Assembly (NCBI RefSeq): GCF_009914755.1
Contig: NC_060940.1
DNA: 64,000 bases
Source: the human T2T-CHM13v2.0 reference genome, Homo sapiens
Reading direction: 5' to 3' (one strand)
Both the position numbers and the translations under genes were made by a program. Below the pieces are notes generated by a model. The model was not told the DNA's origin. It made no database searches and worked only from the letters and a program-made list of their open reading frames with translations. Of the stretch, positions 1 through 28,486 are shown piece after piece (the first letter of the stretch is position 1; every line of letters starts with the position of its first letter).

Positions 1-409
1 ATGATCGGTAAATTACATTAAATCACTATAGAAGAAGCTATTTTTACACATACATGCAACCCAGTTATGATTCAGAGGCAAACAAGATTGAATGACTGTA
101 GAGATTATCTGACAGTTGAGCAGCTGACTGTCCATTTATGAACAGGGAGGTGCATGTGGCTAAAGGAGGATGAGTCAGAACCAAGTATCTTCTAAAGGAA
201 TCTGTTGAATAGACTACAGAAATGATTACAGCAAGCGACAGGGTACATACTTCTTCAGTGGAATATCTTGTTTTCTTGGGTGCCTATGGCCATCCCAGTA
301 TTACTGTTGGATGATTCATTGGTCTGTGGGTAGGAACAACTCTTCATTGTCAGGGAAAAAACAGCATGTCTCCTTTGGAAAGAAATTACTGTCAGTGTTG
401 CTGTGATGT

Positions 410-800
410 TCTCTATGTTTTATAAGTTTTCATTTTGTGCTTTTTGTTGGTGATTTCACTGTTTAAAATGGCCCACAAGCATAATGTTAAAGTGCAGTCT
501 AGTATTCCTTAAATGCAAGAAGGCCGTAATGTGCCTTATGGAGAAAATGTACATGTTAGATAAGTTCCCTTCAGTCATGAGTTACAGTGCTGTCAGCTGT
601 GAGTTCAGTGTTAGTGAATCAGCAATATATATTGAAGATGATGTCTGAACAGAAGCATACATAAAACAAAATTATGTATTGATCAGTTGAGGAAGATGTT
701 AGGCTAGAAGGAACCTACGTCTGCATTTCCCCTAGGAACAGTGGTTTAGTGTTCACTGATACAGTGTTCATGTAGATTTGATAGAGTATAACAATGGCAA
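410..800 (+). mobile_element. MER44/Tigger7-type DNA transposon remnant
   Basis: gtttaaaatggccc...gcaagaaggccgtaatgtgccttatggagaaa...atttcccctagga motifs. Confidence 0.75.
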
Positions 801-971
801 GTCGTGTGTGTGTGTATGTGTGTAGGCTTAATGGTTTTCTTTACCCAGTATTTACTATGTTTTTTTCCATTAACAGCATAATGTAAACATCCCGTGTAAC
901 ATGCTTGTTTTTGGTGGTGAGGGATGCTTGTTTTTGGTGGTCAAGGATCAGCAGACCTGCCTGGATTCTAG

Positions 972-1656
<685 letters not shown>

Positions 1657-2420
1657 TGATCATTTACCATTATTTACAAAAATCCCCTGAGAATGAACAT
1701 TCTTGTAATAGAATTTTTTTTTACATCTTTGATTAAGTTTTAGGCTAATTCACAGACGTGGCATTGCTGTGTCAAAGGAAAATGCACCCTTATTCCCCCA
1801 AATTGCCTTCCCAAAATCATTAGCCAGTTTACCCTCCCCCTGACAATGTAATATAACCTGTTTTCCCTCCTGATACATGTTATTGAAATGTTTTTCAATT
1901 TATTTTAATATTTGTTTTAAAATAGTTATCTTGTTCTGATTTAATATGTTAGTGAACTTTTTTTCATAATTTTTGGTTAGTTATGTTAATTTTGTTCTAA
2001 ACTATTCTTTTCCACATGGTTAGCCAGTTTTTTCAACTCCACTGGTTAAATAAAATATCCTTTTACTATTGATTTTAAGTGTTGCCTTTTTCATATGTTA
2101 AGTATTTATATACTTGGTTTCATTTTTGAATTTTTTGGTTTTGTTCCATTAAGTTGTAGCTGACTGCCACAGCACTCCTATATATTTATTGGTTGTGTTG
2201 TATGTTTTAGTATCTGAAAGGGCAAAAAATTACTCTTTCTCTAATTTCTCATGGATGGCCTGATTGTTTTATGTGAACTGTAGACTTCCCAAATTCTAAA
2301 AAACATTATTTTGATATTTCAGATATTTCATTGGAATTTTGTTGAAGATTACTTTGGGATAAATTGTCATTTGTAGTCTTTCCAGTCATGAATATGACAT
2401 CACACTAGTTATTCAAATCG

Positions 2421-2832
<412 letters not shown>

Positions 2833-4248
2833 TAAATCTTTTTGAACTCATCATATATCCCCACTGCCCTTATAAGCATTTCCTGCACATAGTTAACAGG
2901 TAATAAACATTTGTGGAATAGGTGGATCTTTTCAAATGGAAATTATTATAGGAAACTTACAAGAAAAAAATTCTAGATTCTAGCTGTTTTCTGTTCTTCT
3001 ATTAATCAGTATTTAAATATTTACTGAGAACCTAAGGAGTAATGAATGATCACACCCTCTTACGTTTTCTTAATACGTCAGTTTATAGACTAGAGCCACC
3101 AGTGTTTAAGCTCTAACAACTTATTACAGAGAATCGAGATATCCTTTCCAATCGAAAGGGATTTTTTGATAGTGAAGTTTCAGCTTCTTGCTTTTGTCAA
3201 TAGCTTTGACACTTGGTTTCTGTGTGTATTGATTTTATGACTCAGTACTGATGTGCATGGGGGTCTTGTTTGCAAATCTGTAGTTACTCTGTTTTAATTG
3301 CCTTGAAATTCTCTTTAGAATCACTCAAAAGAGGGAACTCTGCCATCCCTTTGTACCTTTAATTTGTCTCCTCATCTCGGCTACCTAGAAACTATGATCT
3401 TTTCTGTAAGTTATATAGTATTGTAAAGGAAAAGACAGGTAAGGATGCCACTGCTTATTCCAAATTTAGATATTCATAGAATAAGTACCTTCCAGACCCT
3501 CAAAGAACTATTTGTACAGGTTAATACATGAGAAGTAGACTTAGGTTCTTCCTTTGATACTTAAATTTCAAAACACAGGATTAGTAATATTTAGCTACTT
3601 AAGTTTGGTTCATTTGCTAAAAGAAGAACATTTACCATCTCAGGCCCTGTATTAGAAGGATCTTTGTGTCTGTGAGAGAAAAGGCAGAATGGAGTTTTTC
3701 TATCATAATTGAATCCGTTTTGCCTTGCACACCCCTTTGGAGCATTTGATGAAAGCAGTGGACTTCATTAGAAAAATGCACATGGGCTCAAACACATACA
3801 TTTTTGCGCAGCGACGTTTCTGGCCTTCTTGAAACATATCTGTAAGCCCAAACCCCTGTAGGTTTTCTGAACTCCATCTAATGCAGCCAACAAAGGGGAA
3901 ATTTTAAATGGGGCCTGTAACAACCTTTAGCCTGCGTTCCTTCAGGTTTCTTCACTGGCTGTTCATAGCCTGCCCTGCTGGGGTTTTTTCTTCTACCCAG
4001 CATCTAAAAGTTGGACTTGCTCCAGATTCTTCCTGGGTCCCTTCTTTTCCCCTGCTTACTCTGGGGGTCTCTTCCTTTCCTCTGGATTTAAATACCATGG
4101 TATTGTTGATGGCTGCCAGATTTATAACAGCCCGGATCTATTCTCAGAATGCTGGAATCCCATATGTAACTGCCTCCTCAAAATCTTGATTTGGATATCT
4201 CATAGATATCCCTTATATGTAGCAGATAAAAATTGTTGCAAACTTTTA

Positions 4249-5300
<1,052 letters not shown>

Positions 5301-6022
5301 GATGGTACAAACATGTTTTTGCTGAAGCTCTGCTGCATGAGTGGTGGGAAATTTAAAGCCACAGAATGTGAAAATTAGGTGATATCATGTATAATTTAAA
5401 TTGAATATAACATCACAAATACTTATATTTAGAGCTTGAGATGATTAAAAATTGTGTTAAACTAGCTTTTCCCTTACTTTTCCAGAAGAACACAAGATGT
5501 GACACTGTAGTCACTTTTTAACCTGCTGTGAAGTCTCAAACATATTTGTGATATTTTACTTTTGGAAAGATAAACTGTTTTCTTGTTTTTCTCATGTATG
5601 GTTAGCTGCATCTGTTTACCCATTTTAAATCAATTTTGTATAAAATATTTCATTGTTCTAGGACAATGGGTTTAATCCCTAGTTCATATTCTAATAACTT
5701 TTCTTTTTAAAGTTTGAAATAAGGAATCATTTTCAGTGAAAAACTGTCTTTGTGCTTAAATGACATTTTTTTTGACAGAAGCATTTCACTGTGTATTAAA
5801 TGACATTATTGAATTGCATTATAAAATGCCAAACTGTTGAGACAGAATTTTATTTTCTTTATACTTTGAAGTTTGGTATTCATGAATACATGAAAGCACC
5901 AAACATTTACTTTGAAGATGTACACATAAAACTGTATTTATTTGAATGAGAACATCTAAATAAATCAGTAGGATCATCTAAATATTATTTTTAATTATAA
6001 TTGCAGTCATTAGTCTTGATTA

Positions 6023-7090
<1,068 letters not shown>

Positions 7091-7674
7091 AATAATAATT
7101 TTTTTAAAAAGAATAAGCCAAGAGATTGTGGAATCTTCAATTCTAAAGAATATAAATCATTTATGACTAATATAAAATCCAGTTCAAGTGGTGTAAAGTT
7201 GACTTTGCTATTAGAAAAGATGTCTCCATGATTAGAATTTATAATGAGGTGTGCTAATAGGTGAAATGACAATCCCCAGTGCATGCTACTCCGTCCACCT
7301 GTTAGCCTTCTAACAGGGTTTAAGATTAATGAAGATTTCTGGATGGAAATCTTCATGAGAGATGGTAAATCAAGATTCACTGAGATGAAATAAGGGGTAT
7401 TGTTTTTAGGTTTTGTGATGGGTTGAGCAGAGGTCGGCATAGTCACTTGTTTGATTTGATGCACATTGGTGGAGTTTTAAATGCACAGTGTGGAAGGGAA
7501 TGAGCACTTATCAGAACAGAAGGAAATGTGTGGTTAAACGGTTTCAGTTGTAACTAAAGACTATTTCCCTTGGTCCAAATAGGAGGAGAAATGGAACCTT
7601 TTGTATTTTGGTTATTTTCCAATATAAGTAGAAATTGGTTCATTGTGGTTTATTGCAGCCCTTAGCAGAAATGA

Positions 7675-9979
<2,305 letters not shown>

Positions 9980-10394
9980 TAGTTGATTTTGTTATAGTAT
10001 TTAAGAATTTCAACAGGGAGTTGAAATAAGTAGATTTTGGGTTAACTTACCAGTTTCTAGATAAATAATTGATACATGTAGTCAAACCCTGTGACCTTAA
10101 AACTTTTCTACTATATTTAAAAGACTGATTCACCTTACTGTTGCCTATTGGGAAAAGTAAAAAATAAATAAATAAAAAACTGTGAAATAGCTTGAATTAA
10201 ATTTCATAAGTCCCATATAAAGGATAGCAGTGTTTTGTTCCGAATTATTTATGGACACCTAAAGATAACCACATACTACTTAATGTGATATAATAGTAAA
10301 TATTATACCAGTTAAAGTTCTTTGGTTAAAAGCAGTAGAAATCAACTCTGGCTAACAAGACAAAAAAATAAAAAGAAAAAAAGATTAATTATCA

Positions 10395-10866
<472 letters not shown>

Positions 10867-10973
10867 CATAATTTTATTCATCTTTTCTACAGAGTTTATA
10901 TAAGTAAGTTTAATCTTTTTATTTTCATGTGTCTGATGGTTTTCAATTATTTTCATCCTTTTCTGTGTCTTAG

Positions 10974-11090
10974 GTATATTTGAAGGCTCCCATGATTCTG
11001 AATGGAGTCTGTGTTATCTGGAAAGGCTGGATTGATCTCCAAAGACTGGATGGTATGGGCTGTCTGGAGTTTGATGAGGAGCGAGCCCAG
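10974..11090 (+). CDS. CBFB: CBFB exon 4 (117 nt, phase 0/0)
   Basis: Flanked by ttctgtgtcttAG and GTaggg; translates VYLKAPMILNGVCVIWKGWIDLQRLDGMGCLEFDEERAQ, recognised as CBF-beta residues 95-133. Confidence 0.98.
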
Positions 11091-11429
11091 GTAGGGTAAC
11101 ATCAGGCTTTATTGAGCATGGTCCCTTTAGTCCCTAATCTTGCCTTTGCCTGGGGACCTATTTTACCCAATTTTTAAGAGTAAGTATAGAAAGTATTGTG
11201 TTGAAGCAATATTGAGGAATCCTGAAAATGTTGATACTCAAATTCTGATCCTGATTTTGGGAAAGTTTTTTCTTCAGCAGTTCTAAATTTCATGGGTTAT
11301 TCGTATCTGCTCAGTGGGTGCTTCAAAGTCCAGCAAGTAGCTCTTTAAAATATTTATTCTTGATCTTTAGAACACTATGAATAGGGAAAAAAGAAAAAAC
11401 TGTTCAAAATAAAATGTAGGAGCCGTGCT

Positions 11430-15165
<3,736 letters not shown>

Positions 15166-15537
15166 CTAAAGTATTTTATTAAGATAATAGGTTAAAATTT
15201 TTAACATTTTTTATACTTGGAGTTTTCCAAGCCTTATTTCCATAGTCCCCAAATTGAACTATATCACTACAAATTAAGTGCCATCTGTTGTGATAGTTTA
15301 CTACTATCACAATGGAGTTACATAACTCTTACCGATAATAGGAGTTATACAGTGTATAGTAAAAAAAATTCAGAGCAGGTGACTCCAACTATTTAGGCAG
15401 CAATCAGTACTTCCCTGTAGCTCCCCTTGTCCCCATCTGCAAGATAATATAAGTAAAGAAGCAATGAAATGTAGATGCTAGGGGCAGGAGTTCATAGTCG
15501 TATAATGTGAATCCTGGCCCCACTACTTACCAGCTCT

Positions 15538-15912
15538 CATGAACTGAATGTTTGTTTACCCCATCCCCAAATTGATATGTTGAAGCCCTACTCCCGTTGT
15601 TACTGTACTTGAAGATAGGGCATTTATGGAGGTAATTAAGGTTAGATAAAGGCGTAAGAGTGGGGCTCTGATCCAGTAGGGTTAGTGTCCTTAAGAGACA
15701 GGAGAGAGCTCTCTGTCTCTCTCTCTGCCGTATGAGGACACAGTGAGAAGATGGATGTCTGCATGCCAGAAAGAGGTTCCTCACGGGGAACCAAATTGGC
15801 TGGCACATTGATCTGGGATTGCTAGTCTCCAGAAATGTGAGAAAATAAATTTCTGTTGTTTAAGCCACTCCATTTATGGTATTTTAGTATGGCATCCTCA
15901 GATGACTAAAAC
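15538..15912 (+). mobile_element. MLT1A-type MaLR LTR inserted in a MIR
   Basis: tgaactgaatgtttgt...tgagaaaataaatttctgttgtttaagccac; MIR halves on both sides. Confidence 0.8.
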
Positions 15913-16719
15913 ACTAGCTGTGTGATGCTGGCAAGTTATTAAATCTCTCCAGGCCTCAGATTTCTCCTTCCTAAGATGGGATAATGCTGCCCACAAGATT
16001 GTGGGCAGTTGAATGGGATAGCATATGTAAAGGGCTGTGCCTAGCACAGTATCTAGCGTGCAGTACAGTTCCTAAACAAAGACTCTTGTTTGTTACTGCT
16101 TGTACTTTAGCATTTTATACTTAGGGTTTCCACTCTTCTCCAGATGTCTGTCTTGTGAAGTAGTGTGTAAAATCACAAAGCATGGATTTCAGCCCTCTTT
16201 CACTGGGCTGGAATAGGCCCCATCTCTAGCGAGTGAGCCGGTGGCAGCCTCACTTCCATGGCCCAACACAGCTTTGTTTCTCTCTGCTGATCACACAGGC
16301 AGAAATAACTCTTCTGAATTAACCAAAAAACAGTTTTTTGAAAAGTTAAAGTTCATGGTTAATGTTATATCATTCATAATGTAATATAATTTGATATAGG
16401 ATGAGAGTGACCATATTACTTATTGTAACTGTATTATTCCTAAAAGTATAAGGTCATGTTTAACTGAAATTATATAATATTTTGACCCACAAATTGATTT
16501 TATTATATTGCTAGCCCTAGAAAAATTGTTTCATTCAAAAAACATTTTTAAAAATACGTTTTTAAATAAAACAACATGTGCACATTACAGCAAAATAAAA
16601 GTTATATCTTTATGCTAATCTTCTGAACATTAAGATTAATAAGCAGAATACTTAGTCTTGATATTTATTCATGCACTTTATTAGTCTCTTATTTATATCT
16701 GTATCTAATATTTTTCTGA

Positions 16720-17305
<586 letters not shown>

Positions 17306-17499
17306 CTTACTTTTATTTTCTTCATAAAAGTGCCCACAATATGCTTCAGAGTTGCATATTATAATTAGTAAATTTGGAACAGCTGACATCTTCAATTGAG
17401 TGTCTGTAAACTACGTAAAAAATTGACAAAATACTCTAACAAATGCTGAAGTATCTGGTAAACTAAGAGCTAAATGGAAGAGAGTCAATTCCATTTTTG

Positions 17500-21000
<3,501 letters not shown>

Positions 21001-22562
21001 TCTAAAAGCTTGAAAAATATGAAGATTTTGGCACTTTACCATTGAATAATCAGAGATTTCCAACTAATTTTAAACAAAACTTTACTACAAAGACTCATTT
21101 ACCAAAAGAAGGTCATTGTTATTGTAGGAACTAGGTTGGTTTTAGCATAGTTCTTGAGACTCAAGTTTTCTAAAAATCCAGTGTGTACTGTCATGAGATT
21201 AGTTTTTTTTTTTCATTGTCAGCTTTGTCAAAATTCTGCAGTTCAGTTACTTTAACTATGGATATATAAAGATATTTGTAAGTTATATAAACTATAACTT
21301 CTAAAGGATAGAATGTTTCATTTCTTTGGATGCAGTTATAAATTATATGTGTACCACTACTAGTTCCTAGTAGATTTCTAATTCAATGAGAATGTTATTT
21401 TCTTATACAATATGTGTTCCACCAACATTTGTATTACCAACATAAGCCAATAATTTTATCTTCATTGTTGTACTTTTTAAATGACTTTGTTTTGGCAATC
21501 ACAAAACAATATTTCACGTTCAGTATAATGACCTTGCAAAGTTTTATTTGATTCCATGATTGGATTAGAAAAATTGAACCATTATTGGAATTGATGCATT
21601 TTCTGTTTGAAGTACTTGATGACACTGCTGTAAAATTAGTGTCTTTTTGTTTGCAAGGTTTTTCTGTTCATGAAGCAACGTATAAACAGCTTTACTTTTT
21701 ACATATGCACAAAAACGTGGGTGAAATTAATTTGGAAGAGTCATTTAAGTGAAAAGTTACGTGCTACAGATTGATGTGTTAAATGTACCATTTGCAGCTG
21801 CACATACTGATTGTCTTTTATGTAAATACTGATGCTTCTTCAGCAGATTTATTTATTTTGGTTTTCATGTGATCAGTGATACCATTCTGGTCCCCACAGA
21901 GAATAGTAAATGTCGATATTTTGTGCAAATTAGATGTTCATCATCAACTGTCTTGGAAAAAAATTGATTCTTAATTTTTTAATTAAGCATGAACTTCCAG
22001 TTTTTAAACTCTGATGCAGAAAGGTAAGTGTTACCGAACTGTTAAATATATATAGTTGTAGATTTAGACAATAAATAAAGACACAATTTAAATACAGTGA
22101 AGAGAGAATTACTACAACAAGAGTGGTCGAATATTCTGTGTATGCTCTATGACAGAACTGCTAAGCCTTTATTTTCCACATGGATTTAATTTACACCCAG
22201 CCATGTTTTATGATGACCCCACCTGGCTACGTTGTGCAGGTTGTGGTATAGACTTTGGAGTAACAGACTAGTAGTATAACAAGTGGCTGGTGGGGACGGG
22301 AGAATTGAAAACCTTATCCTACCCGAACCTGAATGGAGTTGGTTGTTCCTAGCCATTTGAGCCTACTTTGTGGGTAAGCACGTGGTTTTTATTAGCAGGT
22401 GCCCTTTATGCTGTCCTTGAAAGGGAGGTGTTAGATTGCAGCAGGAAAGGATCAGGATAATACTGGTAATTGCTGATTGTCTTTCCATTTTACCATTTGT
22501 TAAAGTGTGAACTCTGTTCACTGCACATATGTCTCACATGTCATTAGAAAATACCAAGACAA

Positions 22563-23255
<693 letters not shown>

Positions 23256-23689
23256 CACAGTTTTTTCCTGTCATCGGCAGATGTGTCCCAGTTGATACCT
23301 AAGTGCATAGAAAGCCGTGGGAAATTGGGAACAGCATTCTTTTGCGGCTACCTCTGGCTTATATTATGTCCTGAGAATATAGTAGGTCCATGTTATGATG
23401 TTCAGTCAAATGTTTGAATTTTATGTATCCATAAGTGCTTGTTGAATAATAGCATTTATTGAATGCTGTCAGTATGCTTAAGCACTTTTTATGTGTTATT
23501 TAATCTTTACAACAATCTTGTTATAAAGTATTACTATGCCTTTCTTACATGTAAATTTACTGAGGCTTAGAGAAATGAAATAACATTGCCCTGGGTTATA
23601 AAGCTAGTAAGTGCATCACAAGAATGGGAATTTGATTACATCTTTCCATTCTGTTTACGTTATAGACATTGTCACTGAAAATTTTGAGT

Positions 23690-24090
23690 ATTAGAAAACC
23701 CCACTGACAGTGACAAATAAAGGATTTATCACACAGAACAAGATATCCAGCAGTACACAGTCCAGGCCTGGTATAGCAAGCACTTAATTATGTTATCAGA
23801 GGCCCTGGGTCTTTTTTTTTTTTTTTTTTTTTTTGACCCCAACGTGATATGAGGTCTTTTAATCTTGCTGCTGTACCATGCTCATTGTGTGACTGTGTCC
23901 TCATTATTATGTTTGCAAGATGGCTGCTGCATCTCTGAGCACTGCATCAGTTCCTAAGAAGGTGGAATGGTGAAATGTCTCAAACTTTCTTGGAAGCCCC
24001 ATTAGGTGACTTGTGTTTCTGTCTCATTGGCTACAACTGAGTTACGTGGCCACCCCTTGCTGCAGTGAATCTAGGAAAGTGAGTAGTATT
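23690..24090. mobile_element. Old MLT1-type LTR remnant (host of the tRNA micro-insertion)
   Basis: gcaagatggctgctgca and gtctcattggctacaactgagttacgtggccaccccttgctgcag motifs. Confidence 0.6.
23816..23852 (-). pseudogene. Micro-retrocopy of tRNA-Trp(CCA) 3' end with poly(A) tail
   Basis: Minus strand TCATATCACGTTGGGGTCA then A-tail versus recalled tRNA-Trp 3' end TCAAATCACGTCGGGGTCA (17/19); TSD GGTCTTTT at 23808-23815 and 23853-23860; TTTT/AA site. Confidence 0.8.
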
Positions 24091-25281
24091 GATGACTTTT
24101 CTGGTATTGTTTTGGATCTTTTCGTTTCTTCAAGTGTACCATCAAAAATCCTGGTATTCTGGCCAGACACAGTGGCTTACGCCTATAAGCCCAGGATTTT
24201 GGGAGGCCAAGTCAGGCAAATCACTTGAGGTCAGGAGTTCGAGACCAGCCGGGCATGATGATGCTCACCTGTAGTCCCAGCTACTCGGGAGGCTGAAGCA
24301 AGATAATTGCTTGAACCTGGGAGGTTGCAGTGAGCAGAGATCACACTGCTGTACTCCAGCCTGGGCAACAGAGTGAGACTCTGTCTCAAAAATAATAATA
24401 ATAATAAATTCTAGTATTCAGAAGTGTGTGACGGCAAAGGCCAAGCATCCTGGGCTGTACACAGTGAGGGAGCTTTTTTAAGTTGGGGGCATTGTAGTCA
24501 GATTGTGCTTTAAAGGCATACTCCGATGGCTGTGTGGTAGATTGGGTTGAGGAGTGACCAAATGGAAGCAAGGAGAGACTGTTGAGGAGACTTTTGCAAT
24601 GGTCTAAGTGAGATTTTAGGGGTCTGAACTAGGAGGAAACTTTTTATAGGAATGAAGAGGAGACTGAAGATTCCAAAAATATATAGGACATCAAGTGGGT
24701 AGGACTCAGTGGTTGATTGATTGTGGAGACAATGAGAGAGTGAAGAGTCAAAGATGATGGCTCAGGTTTCTTGCAGAAAAAAAAATGGTGCCACCAACAG
24801 AGACCAAAAAAGAGTAGAGAAGAAAGTTTAAGTTGGTTACCTTTTTAGATGCAATGAGTCCTGAGGTATCTGGGTTTCCTTCAGGTGCAGATCTTTAGCC
24901 ACTAACTGGGAAAAGACAGATTTGTTATATGTTAATAAATATATTTTCCTTAATAATTTCCCTTGAGATTTTATTTGCTTTTTGTTGTCCAGAAGTTTCC
25001 AACATTTGTGTAGTCAGTGCTGTTCATCTTCATTTATATTTCTGGCTTTAGTTCATAGAGCATTTCTTTTCCCCAAATGATAGAAGTATTTACCACATTT
25101 GTTAGCCTTAAATATTGTATTCATCAGGATTTTATTTTGATGAGTAGGATTAAGTAGGTAAAGAAAACGGAAGAGCATTTTCAGTTGTTAGAATATGATT
25201 AACATGACTTATGTTTCCAAGGTGTGGCATAAAATATGAAATACTGAATTTTTCTTTTAAAAGTACCTCTGACTTTTTTTT

Positions 25282-25746
25282 ATATATATACTTTTAAGTT
25301 TTAGGGTACGTGTACACAATGTGCAGATTAGTTACATATGTATACATGTGACATGCTGGTGCGCTGCAGCCACTAACTCGTCATCTAGCATTAGGTATAT
25401 CTCCCAATGCTATCCCTCCCCCCTCCCCCCACCCCACAACAGTCCCCAGAGTGTGATGTTCCCCTTCCTGTGTCCATGTGTTCTCATTGTTCAATTCCCA
25501 CCTATGAGTGAGAATATGCAGTGTTTGGTTTTTTGTTCTTGGCGATAGTTTACTGAGAATGATGATTTCCAGTTTCATCCATGTCCCTACAAAGGACATG
25601 AACTCATCCTTTTTTATGGCTGCATAGTATAAATCATGCTGCTATAAAGACACATGCACACGTATGTTTATTGTGGCACTGTTCACAATAGCAAAGACTT
25701 GGAACCAACCCAGATGTCCAACAATGATAGACTGGATTAAGAAAAT
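25282..25746 (-). mobile_element. Young L1PA (L1PA2-like) 3' fragment with 5' inversion
   Basis: Antisense L1 3'UTR 25282-25630, sense piece 25631-25746, [17 protein letters not shown]; GAG (not ACA) at the diagnostic site. Confidence 0.92.
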
Positions 25747-25778
25747 CTGACTTTTTTTTTAATGGTGTTGATGTTTCA

Positions 25779-26440
<662 letters not shown>

Positions 26441-26508
26441 ACAAAACCCAAATATTGTATTTTTTTTATAAATCAAAATTAAAATAGGTATTTCATGTAT
26501 TCTGACAG

Positions 26509-26604
26509 CAGGAGGATGCATTAGCACAACAGGCCTTTGAAGAGGCTCGGAGAAGGACACGCGAATTTGAAGATAGAGACAGGTCTCATCGGGAGGAAAT
26601 GGAG
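26509..26604 (+). CDS. CBFB: CBFB exon 5, short form (96 nt; 187-aa isoform; usual CBFB::MYH11 fusion donor)
   Basis: tctgacAG|CAG GAG GAT...ATG GAG|GTgaga; translates QEDALAQQAFEEARRRTREFEDRDRSHREEME. Confidence 0.98.
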
Positions 26605-26635
26605 GTGAGAGTTTCACAGCTGCTGGCAGTAACTG
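26509..26635 (+). CDS. CBFB: CBFB exon 5, long form (+31 nt; 182-aa isoform)
   Basis: Second donor ACTG|GTtagt at 26636; adds VRVSQLLAVT and shifts the exon 6 frame to GKKTTRP*. Confidence 0.93.
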
Positions 26636-27289
26636 GTTAGTACTTTCCCCCAAACTCTCAGGCTGTGTTTGTGATGTTTGTGCATAATGCTTTTTAATAG
26701 TTTAATTTTGTCTTTCATTTTTAAAAAGTTGTACTCTCTGGCTTTGTGTTTATTAAATGTAATTGCTATAAAGAAATTTATTTTAATTTTAAAGTTGTAC
26801 ATCAATTCCTCATTCATTGGTCTTCATAAAAATCATTTACTATAATAAGGTATATTTTCTCTTAATTCATTTACTCAAAATCTCACCTCTTTTTTTCTTA
26901 TTTTTCAAATTATTTGTAAAAATCAGCTTATGTTAACAGATTGCATATTTTTAGAACATTATTAAAACTCGAGTAATACTACTTTCCATTTTTCTATGAA
27001 TATTTGTCTTGGTTTTATAACTATAATTGTCAGTCATTTGTGTGATTTTAACTAAAGGAAAATTTAATATTCAAACTATTCAAAGAACGGAATTAAACTT
27101 TTTCTTTTAACCTTTCTATTGTAAAATACAGAAACAGAAATCAACATTAACAAATCTGTAGCTTCCTTTGCTGGTTTACTTAGGATACATTTTTTAAAAT
27201 AATAATAAATAAAAAAATCTATAGCCCAATGAATTACTGTAAGGTTAACATCCTTACAACCACGGTTTGGTCAAAAAATAAAACTTTGA

Positions 27290-28486
<1,197 letters not shown>

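Noticed and set aside
26488-26508. Upstream AG (26486-26487) as an alternative exon 5 acceptor
   Set aside because: Preceded by A-rich sequence, and the 21-nt extension contains an in-frame TGA
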